From positions 962,502 to 1,026,501 of the forward strand of contig KV454013.1 of assembly GCA_001661245.1 (NCBI GenBank): a DNA stretch of 64,000 nt. Reading direction: 5' to 3'. A program made the translations under genes and the position numbers. Shown in pieces: positions 36,583 to 48,438 of the stretch; the stretch's first letter is position 1, and the number at the start of each line of letters is the position of its first letter. Below the pieces are notes generated by a model. The model did not search any database, was not told the origin of the DNA, and saw only the letters and a program-made list of their open reading frames with translations. The stretch comes from Pachysolen tannophilus NRRL Y-2460 (lineage: Eukaryota).

Positions 36583-39500
36583 TCATCCCAAAAAAACTTC
36601 CCAACCCCATTCCTTCATTACTTGGCTCCAATGACACCTTGATTTAATCCCAGATAACTCGAAATCTTCCTCTTCTCTAACTTCTCCATTTGCCAGAGCA
36701 ACGTATCCATAAATCTTATTAGCTAGAACCTCTTTATCATTTTGTTGCTCAGTAATACCATCTCTACCATATTGAGCTATCTTTTGCTTAACTTCATTTT
36801 TCTTCTTTTTAGCAATGTCTTTTCTTCTCCATACTTCTTTAACAACTTCTAATGACCTATCAATATTTCCTATCCACATTTTTCTCAGAAATAAATCCCA
36901 TCTATCCAAGACCCATTCTTTTTCTTCTTCAGTGTTGACCTCACATGAGGCAATCAATAATGGGAAAATATGTGTCACATAAGTTTTGGAAGTAGTTGGG
37001 ATTGAAGCTAATAGCATCAATACTTTCTCCGCTAAAGCATGTGAAGACCGAGAAGGTATTTCTGGAACAGCTTGATGAAGGTATATAAGAGTTGCATATC
37101 TGTAAGCTTCTGCAGTGGAAATGCAAGAAGTGAGATCCAACGATGGATCTTCAACATTTGTTATCTTATGTGAAGAAGGCATCCATTTTTCTAATTCACT
37201 CTTAATTGCTACAGCTGATGAGACTGTTGATAATGAATTTTTGAATTCTCTTTTGGCCTTACCTATCAAATTTATAGCTTTAGCAATAAGCGGGAAAAGT
37301 GTTTGTCCACATCCTAATAATGGGTCAATATCATCGTCAGATTCAACAAAGTTGTACATCAAATGAAACTGTTCTCTAATCGAGGTTGATCTATTGTTAT
37401 TGCTATTGGTTCTTTTTGCTCTAAACATTTCTGGTGATGACACAGGTGCAGATGCAGATACTGATGGTGATGTTGACGAAGAAGAATTTGATCTGCGGGA
37501 TGCTGACCTCTTTTTGTTGGTTTGGTGATTCATATTGTTGAGATTAGAATTATCAAGTGTATGAGTACAACTTCCTTCTAAAGAATCTAATTCATTGTCC
37601 GAATCTGAGTCTATTGCTGATTCGTTTAAACTTGTAACACTTTCAGAAAATGGATCATCTCCTACGGTTTCGGAAGTGATTCTGGCTAAAGTGTCAAAGT
37701 AAATAAAAGAGTTGAATAAAAATTGTAAATGTGCTGGAAGTTTTCTCAGCGGTCTATAAGTAGATACAACGTTATTATTATTCCTATTATATTGTAAATG
37801 CCCAGCTTCACCATTATTATTACTTTCTTCTTCTTTATCTTTAATTCTTCTATCACTATTACCAAATCCACCAAGTCTGCCATCACTTCCTTTTCTAATA
37901 TTTTTCAATATTTGAATGATCATAGACTCTGCTCCTCTTAAATGCGTCATTCCAGTAGAAATATGCCTATCCCATGCCTCACCGACAGCTAAGGCAAGGC
38001 AAGTTGTTAATGCTACATCTGGAGACATTGAATTACTACTTAACCCATTTGCTAATTCAATAATAGAGCTCTTCATGTATTTCATACCTTTTGACCTTAT
38101 AACCTCATCACCTCTCGCAATATGGAAACATGTCATTGCTCCCAAAGCATTAAATATAACAGTATGTTTTTTAGCTAACGGAAGCAACTGGGATCTCCAA
38201 GGATTTTCTGTTGGTCCATTTCTTATTGACAAAATAGCACAGGTATATCTGTCATAGGCCGCTAAAACTTTTAATTTATCATCATTAATTTCCAATTGTT
38301 TTGGTAAAGCAAAACTGAAAGTGCTATGTACAGAACTTATGGAGTTAGAGCGATTGCCAAAAGTTTCAGAATTGTCTCTAACTACTTGATGATGTGATTG
38401 ATATCTGTTATCAAGAACATTCCTTTCAGGACTACTACCTGGAACACCGTGATGACTATTGACAGTTTCTGATATTGTATTTTTTCCATCTTGATTTGAA
38501 TCATAGCCTTTCATTTTCAAAGCCAAATCAACATCATTCAGACTTGGAGAACTCATATTAGGACTAAAATTTGTATAATTATGAACTAAACTTGAAAAGT
38601 TAGGGGAAGGTAAAACTGAATTCCCATTATTAGGATTATAAACACCAGTGGAATCATCATCCAATTGTGTTGGTGAAGGACCATCTTCCACAGGTGTATT
38701 TCTACCACCGTTTCCTTGTTCATTCTTGGTTGTATTATTATGTAAAGCATTATTAATAGCAGTCAATCTAGGGGAGTCAATAAATCCATCAGTGATTCCA
38801 GTTACATTTAAAAGTTCTTGGAATTGCGGAGTCAAACTATTTTTAAACGAGTTTGGTGAGTAAGACAGAGCGCTATTATCGGGACTTTCTTTTGTATTGT
38901 GATAATAAAAATCTGGTATCATGGTAAAAGGTGAAAAAGATGGCGAGAAATTAGAACGGTTATTTGACGAATTTTTTCCATATTGCGATGAAGAATTATT
39001 ATCTATGGAAGATTCTTCCTGGTTCAATTCCAATTCAGATTCTGGTTTCACTGAAGATGAATAGTTTCCAGCTACTGGTTCAGCATTTGAAAACGTTAGC
39101 TCAGTAGGAGCTTCAGTTATATTAGCATCATCCACTTGCATTTCTTTTTTTGAATTATTAGTTGTAATTGAATCTTGCTTAAGACTTGTTCCTGACGATA
39201 TTGACGTATTAGGGTTTACCTCTACATTACTTGCCAGTTGTTTTAAACTTTCCAAATTATCTCTAATATTAGCTGCTAATGCTGGATTTCTTCCCGATGC
39301 AATGAGAGCATTTGCCAACGCAACTTCTTGATAAGTTTTCCCTGTTACAGACAAGGTTGCATCTTCTAAAGCTTTTAACAAATAATTTGAATCTGCTGCA
39401 CTTAATGATCTTACAAGATGATGTGATGATTTGGATAATGAATTCATTGCACCTTTTGCCAAAGCAGTACTAATGTTGTTGGATCCTCCACCATTGGAAT

Positions 39501-39894
39501 GAATAGATGTTTCAGTATTAATATTTGTTGAACGAGGATTACTAAAAGAATAACTTCTTGAAGGTTTTACCTCGGAAGAAGCACTTGACATTGAAAATTT
39601 TGTTCCAGTTGTTGTTTCTTCAAAAGATTTCCATTTAAAAGCAACTGCATAACCCCCACATACTAATCCTTTACGAGTACAATTCATACAACTCGGATGA
39701 GCTTCATCACACTTTAACCTTTTCTTCTTACACGTTATACAACCATTTCTTGATTTTTGATTTTTCGGTTTCGATAAATCCACACTCTTGGTTTTCTTTA
39801 CTCCATTTGACTGTTTTGGTTTTGTATTATCATTGGGTAAAGCAGTATTACTTGAATTATTATTAGACTGTAACAGTGTCTGTCCACTCGACAT
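36583..39894 (-). CDS. Zn(II)2Cys6 transcription factor with Fungal_trans_2-type C-terminal domain
   Basis: SRNGCITCKKKRLKCDEAHPSCMNC..C, ENPWR, IDPLLGC, AEAYR and WGWEVFLG. Confidence 0.88.
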   Translation of the reverse strand: MSSGQTLLQSNNNSSNTALPNDNTKPKQSNGVKKTKSVDLSKPKNQKSRNGCITCKKKRLKCDEAHPSCMNCTRKGLVCGGYAVAFKWKSFEETTTGTKFSMSSASSEVKPSRSYSFSNPRSTNINTETSIHSNGGGSNNISTALAKGAMNSLSKSSHHLVRSLSAADSNYLLKALEDATLSVTGKTYQEVALANALIASGRNPALAANIRDNLESLKQLASNVEVNPNTSISSGTSLKQDSITTNNSKKEMQVDDANITEAPTELTFSNAEPVAGNYSSSVKPESELELNQEESSIDNNSSSQYGKNSSNNRSNFSPSFSPFTMIPDFYYHNTKESPDNSALSYSPNSFKNSLTPQFQELLNVTGITDGFIDSPRLTAINNALHNNTTKNEQGNGGRNTPVEDGPSPTQLDDDSTGVYNPNNGNSVLPSPNFSSLVHNYTNFSPNMSSPSLNDVDLALKMKGYDSNQDGKNTISETVNSHHGVPGSSPERNVLDNRYQSHHQVVRDNSETFGNRSNSISSVHSTFSFALPKQLEINDDKLKVLAAYDRYTCAILSIRNGPTENPWRSQLLPLAKKHTVIFNALGAMTCFHIARGDEVIRSKGMKYMKSSIIELANGLSSNSMSPDVALTTCLALAVGEAWDRHISTGMTHLRGAESMIIQILKNIRKGSDGRLGGFGNSDRRIKDKEEESNNNGEAGHLQYNRNNNNVVSTYRPLRKLPAHLQFLFNSFIYFDTLARITSETVGDDPFSESVTSLNESAIDSDSDNELDSLEGSCTHTLDNSNLNNMNHQTNKKRSASRRSNSSSSTSPSVSASAPVSSPEMFRAKRTNSNNNRSTSIREQFHLMYNFVESDDDIDPLLGCGQTLFPLIAKAINLIGKAKREFKNSLSTVSSAVAIKSELEKWMPSSHKITNVEDPSLDLTSCISTAEAYRYATLIYLHQAVPEIPSRSSHALAEKVLMLLASIPTTSKTYVTHIFPLLIASCEVNTEEEKEWVLDRWDLFLRKMWIGNIDRSLEVVKEVWRRKDIAKKKKNEVKQKIAQYGRDGITEQQNDKEVLANKIYGYVALANGEVREEEDFELSGIKSRCHWSQVMKEWGWEVFLG

Positions 39895-41328
39895 TGCACT
39901 TTCACTACTTTTTACTCTTTAATTTTGTTAAATTTCAGTCATTAAATATATATAATGAACTAAAAGCAAGAAGAATGAGTGAATAAGAATAGAATAGTAT
40001 ACAAGAAAAATAGAAAAATAAAAATAAAAAAAAAAACAACACAAAAGTTGCTAATATTATATTTATTTGTAAAAGAAAATTTCCTTTATTAAAAAGTTGA
40101 TTAGCTAAAGTTTTTCCTACTTTGTGTTTTGGTTAAGATAATAATAATAATAATAAAAGTATAGGGAAGCTCAAAGTTATCAAAGAATTTTGAAAAAATG
40201 TATTGATTTCTCTTATCAGTGTCGAGTAAAAGGTACGTACATAAACATGCATAAGGAGTATTAATTCTATTAAAAGTAGAACCTAGTACAATCTCCACCG
40301 GCAAATTATTTAATTTGCCAAAAAGCCCGCTTTCTAAATGAATATCGCACTGACATAATGATGTGAAGTGTCTTAGATTGAAAAGTTTTTTCCCCATGGG
40401 CATAAGTACTCACTAAAAAATAGTAACTCTTTCAAAGACAAAATTTATTTTTATTGTATGTATTTGATAATTGATAGTTGATAATTGATAAAGCTTATCT
40501 TTAATACCAGTACTAAATCGGCGAGGGCGGAATCCTCTCTTTGGAAACTTGGTATTAAACTGCGGGAATCCCACGCTTTGCTGGTCTTGGTTTGCGGCCA
40601 GGAGTTCGCGAAGAATCATTTGTCCAAAGATGATGAAAAGAATTAAGAGGAATGGGGAAGGAGAGGGGCGGTGCCTTTTCTGTGTTTGGGCCTGCAGCCG
40701 CTGAGGAAGGTTGAAAAAAAAAAAAAAAAGTTGAACAAGTCGAAATAGTCTTCATAGGCGGCTTTGGTTTTTTTACCGTGTGGTTTACCTTGCCGATGTA
40801 AACAGGGCCAGCACACTACCAGCAGGCAAACCGTCCCGGCAAACTACCTATGGGAACAACCCGTGCGAATTACCTATGCTAACTACCCGCCTAGGCATTT
40901 CGTTTTTTTTTTTCTTTATCTTTTCAAAATTGTAGATGTTAAAATTACATTTATTTCTTTCTATACGGTGTTTAAACTATTTGATTTTCTATTCTATTCT
41001 TGTCATTGAGTAACAGTTTTAAAGATTGGCGTAATATTAAAGAGTTTTTTTTTTCTCTCTCTCTTTTTTAAATAGCTATCCAGTATCAATTCAACTATTA
41101 TCAAAAAATTATGGAATGTTTTTACCTAATTGGGAAACAATATGCAGAAGCTATTTAATCAACAGCTTGATTACAATTCCAGGATATCAAAAACGTCCTA
41201 TACAGACAGTATGGTACGTGTATCCGTGCGTGGCCCAGTACGTGGCCCAGCCCAGTATCTATCTATCTGTATGTAAGTGTTCCTGTGACACGGAGTGTAG
41301 GTTAGCCTCGGCTTTTAAAATGATTAGT

Positions 41329-43620
41329 TTAGTTAAGCAGTAATTTTTGTAAAAAATCAACAATTTTGTCTTCATCAAACATTGAAGGATTGAAATATGA
41401 GGCATTTGGTAAGACTCGAAGTAAATTGTATACCTCATCTTGCATGAATGGCTCCGTCACTTCATAACTCTTATTGTCAGTGACATCAACACTGTTATTG
41501 AGTCCATTATCGTCGAAACCAGGTTCATAATCTGAGTCTTCATCCATTTCTTCATCTGTGATACCTCCTGTGACACCAGAAATACCAGAACCAGATCCAG
41601 AACCAGATCCATTACTATTAAATTCTCCTAAATTTTGTCTCTTTGTAGTAGAAAATCCATTATTATTTCCCTTTCTTTTCAATTGTCTTTCATAAATTTC
41701 ATAACCTCCCGACATATCAAAAATTTTTATTGGATCAAAATGATCATGATCTTCAAATCTATCTTCAATAAGGGTAAGAAAAGTATCTGATTTTTCATCA
41801 TTTTTTTCATTTTGGAAATAATCTAAATATCTTTCTTCTAATGATTTTATTGAATTTAAATCATTATCAATCAAATTTTCAATTTTTAAAAAAAATTTAA
41901 ATAATTTCTTAATTTTTGAATTCTTACCATCCTCTATTTTAATTTTTTCAAAATTTTTTAAAGAATTTTCAAATAATACTTTTGCATTTGTTAAATCATT
42001 AATATCTATTAAAAATTTTAAATATTTTAAAATAAAATTAATATCTAAATTAAATTTTGATTTTTTCATTGCTAATTCAAAAATTTTAATTGAAATTTTA
42101 GGCTCTTTAAATTCTTTTAAATTTGAATAATATTCAATTATTGCATTATCATAATAAATATGCCAAGTATGTCCTTGAAATTTCTTACATTTAGCAAATA
42201 TCTTTCTTGCTTCAACATAACCATGAGATCTTTTAAAAAATCTCATATAGTTGGAATAAACTAATGTTATAGATCTACCATATAATTCTTGTTCTTTTTT
42301 CAATTTTTCAATTTCAAATTGATTATTAATTTTAATTTCAAAATTTTCTGGAATTTTTTCATTTAAAATTTCTGTTGATTTTTCTTCATTTATATCTTGT
42401 TCTTCAATTTCAGCTAATTCTTTTTGTCTTTTATTTTTCAATCTTTCTTCTTCTGATTTATTAAATAATTCTTGTTTTTTAAATAAATCTTCAATTTGAA
42501 ATTCTAATTTATTATAAATTTTTGTTAAAGATTCTACTAAATTTTCATAAGTTTTTTTAGAATTTTCAAAATCATTAACTTGTTCATACATTTCAGCTAA
42601 TTGGAAACTTAATGAAAAACTTAATTTATTACTCAATATACCATCTTTTAAAATATTAATCGATTGTTGATGACTAGAAATTTCTGTTGGTAAAGATGGT
42701 AATGAAGCTTTAAATTTACTATATTCCAACCATAATTCTGGGATAAATCTTAAATGATATAAAGCTTGTAAATAACAATATTCAATTCTATAATTTAATA
42801 AATCTTGTGGTAATTCCAATTTATTTTTTTTTTCATATTCTAACCATTGTTGGAAAATTTTCAATTGTTCAAAACTTTTTAAATCCATTTTAGAATTAGT
42901 TTGTTTATAATCATCATCTAAATTTTTAATTAAATTAGAAAGATTTATTGAAAATAATTTTGATTTTAAATAATCTGAAGAATTATCAGAAATATCAGTT
43001 TTAGAAGCACAATTTTCTGTAAAATATTCCCAATATCTTTGTAAATTTTTATTTGGAATTTTAACTATTTTCTTCATCAATTTTTGTTTAATTTTAAGCT
43101 TTTCATTATTTTCAGTTTCATTAATACCTGTCCATTTATTTAAATAATCAACATATTCATCAACAATTATTTCAGAATTTAAAAAATCAATACCAATTTC
43201 CATCAATGCATAATCAAATGCTTTTAAAACATTATTTCTAGCAGTAGCACCACCAGTAATAGTATCATTGATTAATTGTAAAAAATAAAGATAAGTTTTC
43301 CATAATTTAATTGATCTCTTATTTAAACATTTCTTAAAAATTTCTTCAACTTTCTTATAATTCTTAGCTTTTAAATAATATTTAACATAACGATCCCATA
43401 TATCATAATCATTGGGGAAAATACTCAAATAACTTTCAAAAATATAATTCACCTGATTTTCATCTTGCTCAATGCTATCATCATCAACCTTGGCAAACAA
43501 TTTATTCCATTCCTCAATATTCGTTGGATCATTCAATTTCAATTCATCCACAGGATTTGATAAAGACAGTGGCAACGATAACGGCTGAGGAGTCAAACTC
43601 GGAGTACTCAAGTTGCTCAT
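41329..43620 (-). CDS. RNA14: Cleavage/polyadenylation factor Rna14 (CstF-77, HAT repeats)
   Basis: HAT-repeat helices, WLEYEKKNKLEL, TWHIY and VYNLLRVLP; adjacent to SAM37; ATG at 43620. Confidence 0.88.
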   Translation of the reverse strand: MSNLSTPSLTPQPLSLPLSLSNPVDELKLNDPTNIEEWNKLFAKVDDDSIEQDENQVNYIFESYLSIFPNDYDIWDRYVKYYLKAKNYKKVEEIFKKCLNKRSIKLWKTYLYFLQLINDTITGGATARNNVLKAFDYALMEIGIDFLNSEIIVDEYVDYLNKWTGINETENNEKLKIKQKLMKKIVKIPNKNLQRYWEYFTENCASKTDISDNSSDYLKSKLFSINLSNLIKNLDDDYKQTNSKMDLKSFEQLKIFQQWLEYEKKNKLELPQDLLNYRIEYCYLQALYHLRFIPELWLEYSKFKASLPSLPTEISSHQQSINILKDGILSNKLSFSLSFQLAEMYEQVNDFENSKKTYENLVESLTKIYNKLEFQIEDLFKKQELFNKSEEERLKNKRQKELAEIEEQDINEEKSTEILNEKIPENFEIKINNQFEIEKLKKEQELYGRSITLVYSNYMRFFKRSHGYVEARKIFAKCKKFQGHTWHIYYDNAIIEYYSNLKEFKEPKISIKIFELAMKKSKFNLDINFILKYLKFLIDINDLTNAKVLFENSLKNFEKIKIEDGKNSKIKKLFKFFLKIENLIDNDLNSIKSLEERYLDYFQNEKNDEKSDTFLTLIEDRFEDHDHFDPIKIFDMSGGYEIYERQLKRKGNNNGFSTTKRQNLGEFNSNGSGSGSGSGISGVTGGITDEEMDEDSDYEPGFDDNGLNNSVDVTDNKSYEVTEPFMQDEVYNLLRVLPNASYFNPSMFDEDKIVDFLQKLLLN

Positions 43621-43891
43621 CGTAGGTAATAACAACACAACACCTATTTCAAGTTATCAAAGTTATCTATCCACTTTTATTTAAAAAAGAAAAGAAATAT
43701 AATTTATTTTATTTTATTAACTTTTGTATTTTCAATATTTTTTCAATATTTTTCAAAAGTTTTCATTTTTTTATTTTGATATTTGAAATATTTTTATTTT
43801 ATTTTTTTAAATCATTAAAACATCAAAAATTATTCAATTTTTTTTTTTATAGTAAAGGAACGGGAGGTTTTTTTCTCTGGCTATTTGAATA

Positions 43892-44851
43892 ATGGAATTG
43901 CATGTTTGGGGTTCTTATAAGGATGGTGTGATTTCTAACTTTGATCCTGAATGTTTGGCTGCAATTTATTATATAATGTTTACTGAAACTGATGTTAAGG
44001 TAGTACCGTCTTCAAATAGTTTTAATTACAAGCTTCCATATTTGAAGAAGAATGATGGAGAAGCGATAAGTGGATATGAGAGTATAGTTCTGTATTTGGA
44101 GAAAGAGAATGGGGGGAAATTAGATAATTGGCTTTCAAATGAACAATTTTTGCTTAATAATGGGTTAAAAGTATTTATAATGGATAAGATACATTCATTA
44201 ACACAGTATGTTTTATTTTTAAATAAGGAAAACTATGAACAATATACAAGAGGTTTATTTAAAAAACTATTACCATTCCCCATGCAGTACAACGCCCCTT
44301 TGGTTTATAGAGATGATGCTGTTAAAAGGTGTTCCAATGTTGGATTGAATTTGGATACTGGGATGTTGCTAGGTGGTGTTGGTTATGAAGATAGTACAAT
44401 TGAGGAATTATTAGAATCTGAAAAGAAACTTAAAAATACTCCTAATTTAACAAGATTACATTCTCAAAAGCAACAAGAAAAGTTAAATGAGTTACTTTTA
44501 AGGAAGAATTCTATAAATAACATGCATTGTATTCACCTAGCTGAAAGTTATTATAACCGGATCTTAGAATTTTCAAGAGAAAATAATAGAAATGATGATT
44601 TTTCATTATTTATATTTGGAGAACAATTATCAAGCAGTGATTTATTATTTTTTGCTCAGTTAAATTGTCAAACCTTAGATGTCTTACCAAATAATTTTAT
44701 GAAAATTTACTTAAATTTCAAGTTTCCAAATTTAATTGCTAAATTGGAGAAATTCAACAATGAATTTGTAAATTTTAAGAATTTAAACATTGAATTACCT
44801 AAAGATAAAGATTACCCATCACTATTTAATTACATTAAAACTTGTTTATAA
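43892..44851 (+). CDS. SAM37: Mitochondrial SAM complex subunit Sam37 (metaxin-like)
   Basis: MELHVWG, FDPECLAA, LPYL, NYEQYTR and FPMQY; synteny with RNA14 and SEN15. Confidence 0.88.
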   Translation: MELHVWGSYKDGVISNFDPECLAAIYYIMFTETDVKVVPSSNSFNYKLPYLKKNDGEAISGYESIVLYLEKENGGKLDNWLSNEQFLLNNGLKVFIMDKIHSLTQYVLFLNKENYEQYTRGLFKKLLPFPMQYNAPLVYRDDAVKRCSNVGLNLDTGMLLGGVGYEDSTIEELLESEKKLKNTPNLTRLHSQKQQEKLNELLLRKNSINNMHCIHLAESYYNRILEFSRENNRNDDFSLFIFGEQLSSSDLLFFAQLNCQTLDVLPNNFMKIYLNFKFPNLIAKLEKFNNEFVNFKNLNIELPKDKDYPSLFNYIKTCL

Positions 44852-44888
44852 ATATATATACAAAATAGAATTAAGAAAAAAAGAAAAT

Positions 44889-45281
44889 TCAACTCTTTCT
44901 GGGTCTAACTATCCCATCATGTATAAAATAATATACTATTGTACCATCATTGTTCACCATACCTGCTATTATTCTCTTTGGTCTCTCATTTTCTACCAAC
45001 CTGATACAGTCAAACACAAAATCTGTTTGACTCATTGTAAGTTTCTCATCCATTCCAATAGGAAAGATCCATTCCCTATCATTTCCCTGTTGTTCTTGTT
45101 CTGATCTTGTTTTATCATTAGAAATACTCTCCGATGGTTGTAACTTTTCCAAAGGTTTACCGTTTAACAACTGTATAGAATCATTATCAAAATTATACAC
45201 TTTTAAATCTGACCATAAGTTATAATACTCTAGATTCGTCTTAACCTGCTTCGTCAAAGGTTTTAACTGAATATTTGTCAT
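44889..45281 (-). CDS. SEN15: tRNA-splicing endonuclease subunit Sen15
   Basis: NLEYYNLW, EWIFP and NNDGTIVYYFIHDGIVRPRK. Confidence 0.9.
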   Translation of the reverse strand: MTNIQLKPLTKQVKTNLEYYNLWSDLKVYNFDNDSIQLLNGKPLEKLQPSESISNDKTRSEQEQQGNDREWIFPIGMDEKLTMSQTDFVFDCIRLVENERPKRIIAGMVNNDGTIVYYFIHDGIVRPRKS

Positions 45282-45500
45282 TAATAATCGTATTCAATCT
45301 ATATTCAAATCATTTCATTTAAAAATGCTTTAAATTTTTTTTTATTTTTTGTATGGTTTTTTAGTTGAAATTTCTCTTTTCGTTTATTTAAACAACAACA
45401 ACAACAACAAGAATATTAATATTAATATTCATATTAATATCATAGGCAACAGAGTGGTGGTTCATTGCTGATATATTTGATTTTGGTCATTTGATACGAT

Positions 45501-47462
45501 ATGTATCAAATACGACATCGTTTGAACAAGAAATTTCAAGTTTCAAACAATAAGAATAATGATGGGTCTCATAATGTATTACCCTTGAGTGGGAATGATT
45601 TTGATAGGAATGATGATAGTAATGGTATTATTACTCTGAATCAAAGACAGAAGAATATAGTGACTTTAGGACATGTTATTAAGCTTCCAGGAGAACTTCT
45701 TCAGTGGCTTTATCGTGGTTCTTTAGGTATATTGTTTTTAGTATTTTTAGGATTTTGTACTATATTACCTATAGATGCTATTGTTCAATCGAAGCAGGCT
45801 TCGAATTTAGCTTTTAATACTTTTGTTATTTTAGGTGCTTGTGTTATATTTATTGTTGTTTCATTGATCATATATTCTGTTAGGGTTATCTTGATAAGGT
45901 TAAATTTACTGGATATTCCAAAATTTTATGTACCTGATCATGCCAAAGATTTACCTCATGATTTTTATTTAATAATTCAAAAAGAGTTAGCTTGGTGTGC
46001 TGAAGTTGTTGAACTGGCAAAACCAAATAAAGTTATCAAACATCCTGGTTTACGTTATAGAAAAATGGATGATAAGAAAATTTTTACAATGAATGAAAAA
46101 AATGATCAAGAAGAAGTAGATGATTATTTGCCAAATTATTTGGTATATGAAGATGTTGTTAAAGTTATAGGAGAAAGAATTAAATTTAATGGTTCCTTTT
46201 TAGCATCTACTAATGACTTTAAAATTCCATTAAGTTTATCCTATAGAGAACTTTTACTTTTTTTCAATGATAATGAAGTATTACATCAAAATTTGGATTA
46301 TTATGATGATTTTATTGAAATTTATGAATATATAAGATTTAGTGGTGAAATGATAACAGAAGAAAATTTTTTAAAATTTATGGAAACTTTTATTAAATTA
46401 ATTAAACTTGATGATGAAGGAATTTCTAATACTAGAGTTAAAAACAATAATAACATACTTAGTCCTAAAAATGAATCAATGGTTAACAAGTCAATAACAT
46501 CATCTTCAATCTTGTCAATTCCAACACTGATTACTGGTAATAATACATACCTGAATAACAACAGACTGTCTTCATATATGTCTTATAATAGTGATGGTAA
46601 TAACGTTATTCGTTCTTTTATTTCTCCTTCTTCAAGTATGAACATTTATGGTGATAATATTCAAAATAATCCCACAAGTATCAATACTCGTTATAATCTG
46701 AAAAGTATAAGAAATTCAGTTAATACCATTGAAGGTGCAGATAAAAATAGGCGCCTGTCAAAATCAAGAATTGTGCAAACTAATAGTGATAATTCATCGT
46801 CCACCCCATCACAGTTATCAACATCTGATAGAGAGCAAGAACAAGAAGAATCCAGTGTTGATTTAGATGGAAGACAAGACAATGAAGAAGATGATTTTTA
46901 TGATTATTTCCGTACAAAAAGTGGGAAAAGTTATAAGATTAGAGAAGAACCACAAAATCTTCAGATTAATAATAATAATAATATTAATAACGTTGAATCC
47001 AAAAGTTTAGATCCAATTATTTCCACAACAAATCATGAAAACCCTGGGAGCGTAATTAGCCAACGTAATAGTTTAGAAAGTCCATTTCTTACAAAAGTTT
47101 CTTCCCTGTCCTCATTGGGTAAATCATCAGGCATATCTTCGCACATATCAATGTCTTCTTCTAGTGGTGAATCACATCACAAAAACCATCATTTGAAACC
47201 ACTTTCGAAATTATCCAATATACTACATAAAGTTACTTCGGCAGACCTGGGAGGTAACAGCAAAGACTACCATTTCAAACTAAAGAAATTTAATTCAAGA
47301 TCAAAGGATAATGCCTTTTTCATGATCGATGACAAGAGCAGCTCCAATAGTGTGATTATAAGACCCGGGAATACACAACTGATGGAAGAGCTTGAACTAC
47401 TCCATACTGCTGGAAGCACCGATTCTGTAGTTTATCATGCTTCCTCTGATAACAGTAATTAA
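45501..47462 (+). CDS. DLT1: Dlt1-like membrane protein
   Basis: Two N-terminal TM helices, LPIDAIVQ, LDIPKFYVP, HPGL and YEYIRFSG. Confidence 0.75.
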   Translation: MYQIRHRLNKKFQVSNNKNNDGSHNVLPLSGNDFDRNDDSNGIITLNQRQKNIVTLGHVIKLPGELLQWLYRGSLGILFLVFLGFCTILPIDAIVQSKQASNLAFNTFVILGACVIFIVVSLIIYSVRVILIRLNLLDIPKFYVPDHAKDLPHDFYLIIQKELAWCAEVVELAKPNKVIKHPGLRYRKMDDKKIFTMNEKNDQEEVDDYLPNYLVYEDVVKVIGERIKFNGSFLASTNDFKIPLSLSYRELLLFFNDNEVLHQNLDYYDDFIEIYEYIRFSGEMITEENFLKFMETFIKLIKLDDEGISNTRVKNNNNILSPKNESMVNKSITSSSILSIPTLITGNNTYLNNNRLSSYMSYNSDGNNVIRSFISPSSSMNIYGDNIQNNPTSINTRYNLKSIRNSVNTIEGADKNRRLSKSRIVQTNSDNSSSTPSQLSTSDREQEQEESSVDLDGRQDNEEDDFYDYFRTKSGKSYKIREEPQNLQINNNNNINNVESKSLDPIISTTNHENPGSVISQRNSLESPFLTKVSSLSSLGKSSGISSHISMSSSSGESHHKNHHLKPLSKLSNILHKVTSADLGGNSKDYHFKLKKFNSRSKDNAFFMIDDKSSSNSVIIRPGNTQLMEELELLHTAGSTDSVVYHASSDNSN

Positions 47463-47782
47463 GACAGATTACATCCAATTAAAACCTCGTTGCTGCAACT
47501 ATTTTAATTTTATTTTTTTTATTTTATTTTACATTTAGGGTTAGGATAATTATAGAAGATTGATTCGAGATTAATCATTAATAACATCAAAGTGAAGTCA
47601 CTGTAGATTCTGTAGATTCTGTAGATTCTGTCGTCGTCGTTGTCGTCGTTGTTGTTGTTCTCGTCGTCGTTGAAATGAGAGCTTGAATTGGTCGTGTGCA
47701 ATGTTTCAAGCAGGTTTCTTTTGAGAGAAGCAGAATAATTTCAAAATATTTATTTATATTTTGAAGATGTTTTCATGTTTTC

Positions 47783-48438
47783 AAAAGGTTGACTTAAAAT
47801 ATTTTTAGCTTTACCCTTTTTATAATAATTATCAGGAGTACATCTAATCAATGGGTTTAAAGAAACATAAGTCTCATCTTCAGGTAAATATATAACTTCT
47901 TCAAACTTTGAGCCTTCTTTCATATTATGTGCTTTTAACTCTTTTTGATCATAAATTTTTGTAGTTGCAGTTTGGAACCATGTACTATATTGTGGTTTAC
48001 CCTTCTTAATATTCCCATTCTTCAGTTGAGGAGTAACAGTTTTAGGAACACCGGCATTGTTCAAAGAAATCCATGGCTCCAACCCATTTGTACTTTCAGG
48101 TGGTTTGGCACTAAAAGTGACTCCCGCAATAACCGTTGGTTGAACAATTTCTACTTTGGTTTCATAAATAGTTCTTATCCATGACCTTGGTTGTTCCGTT
48201 ACCTCGTACTCTTCTTCCGCTTTCTTCTTCTCATCTAGTTGTTCCAAATAATCCTTATTGTAAATAACCTCTTTAATTGGTTCTCTCTTGTTCACACCTG
48301 TTGGATATGAAATTACCACTGATGATGTTGTTGATATTACCGCCAGCGTTGAAGAAGGTAATATTTCCAACGATTTCACGTTAATAAACGTTGCTGAAAA
48401 AATTAACAAAAAGAAAAAAAATTCTCCTTCATCACCAT
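47783..48438 (-). pseudogene. PSG1: 5' half of PSG1 (YKL077W family) inside an inverted segment
   Basis: WIRTIY, VIAGVTFSAKP, PWISL, LKAHNM and LNPLIRCTP; homology ends at SQPF (47783); ATGs at 48438/48432 are 1 nt out of frame across a T8 run. Confidence 0.8.

Noticed and set aside
40540..40900. RNase P RNA (GGAAACTTGGT and ATGGGAAC resemble CR-I and CR-III)
   Set aside because: No matching CR-V/P4 partner found downstream.
41211..41260. CGTGGCCCAG direct repeat as a telomerase template
   Set aside because: No supporting telomerase RNA elements identifiable; short local duplications are common in this window (e.g. near 21368, 24296, 47601, 57476).
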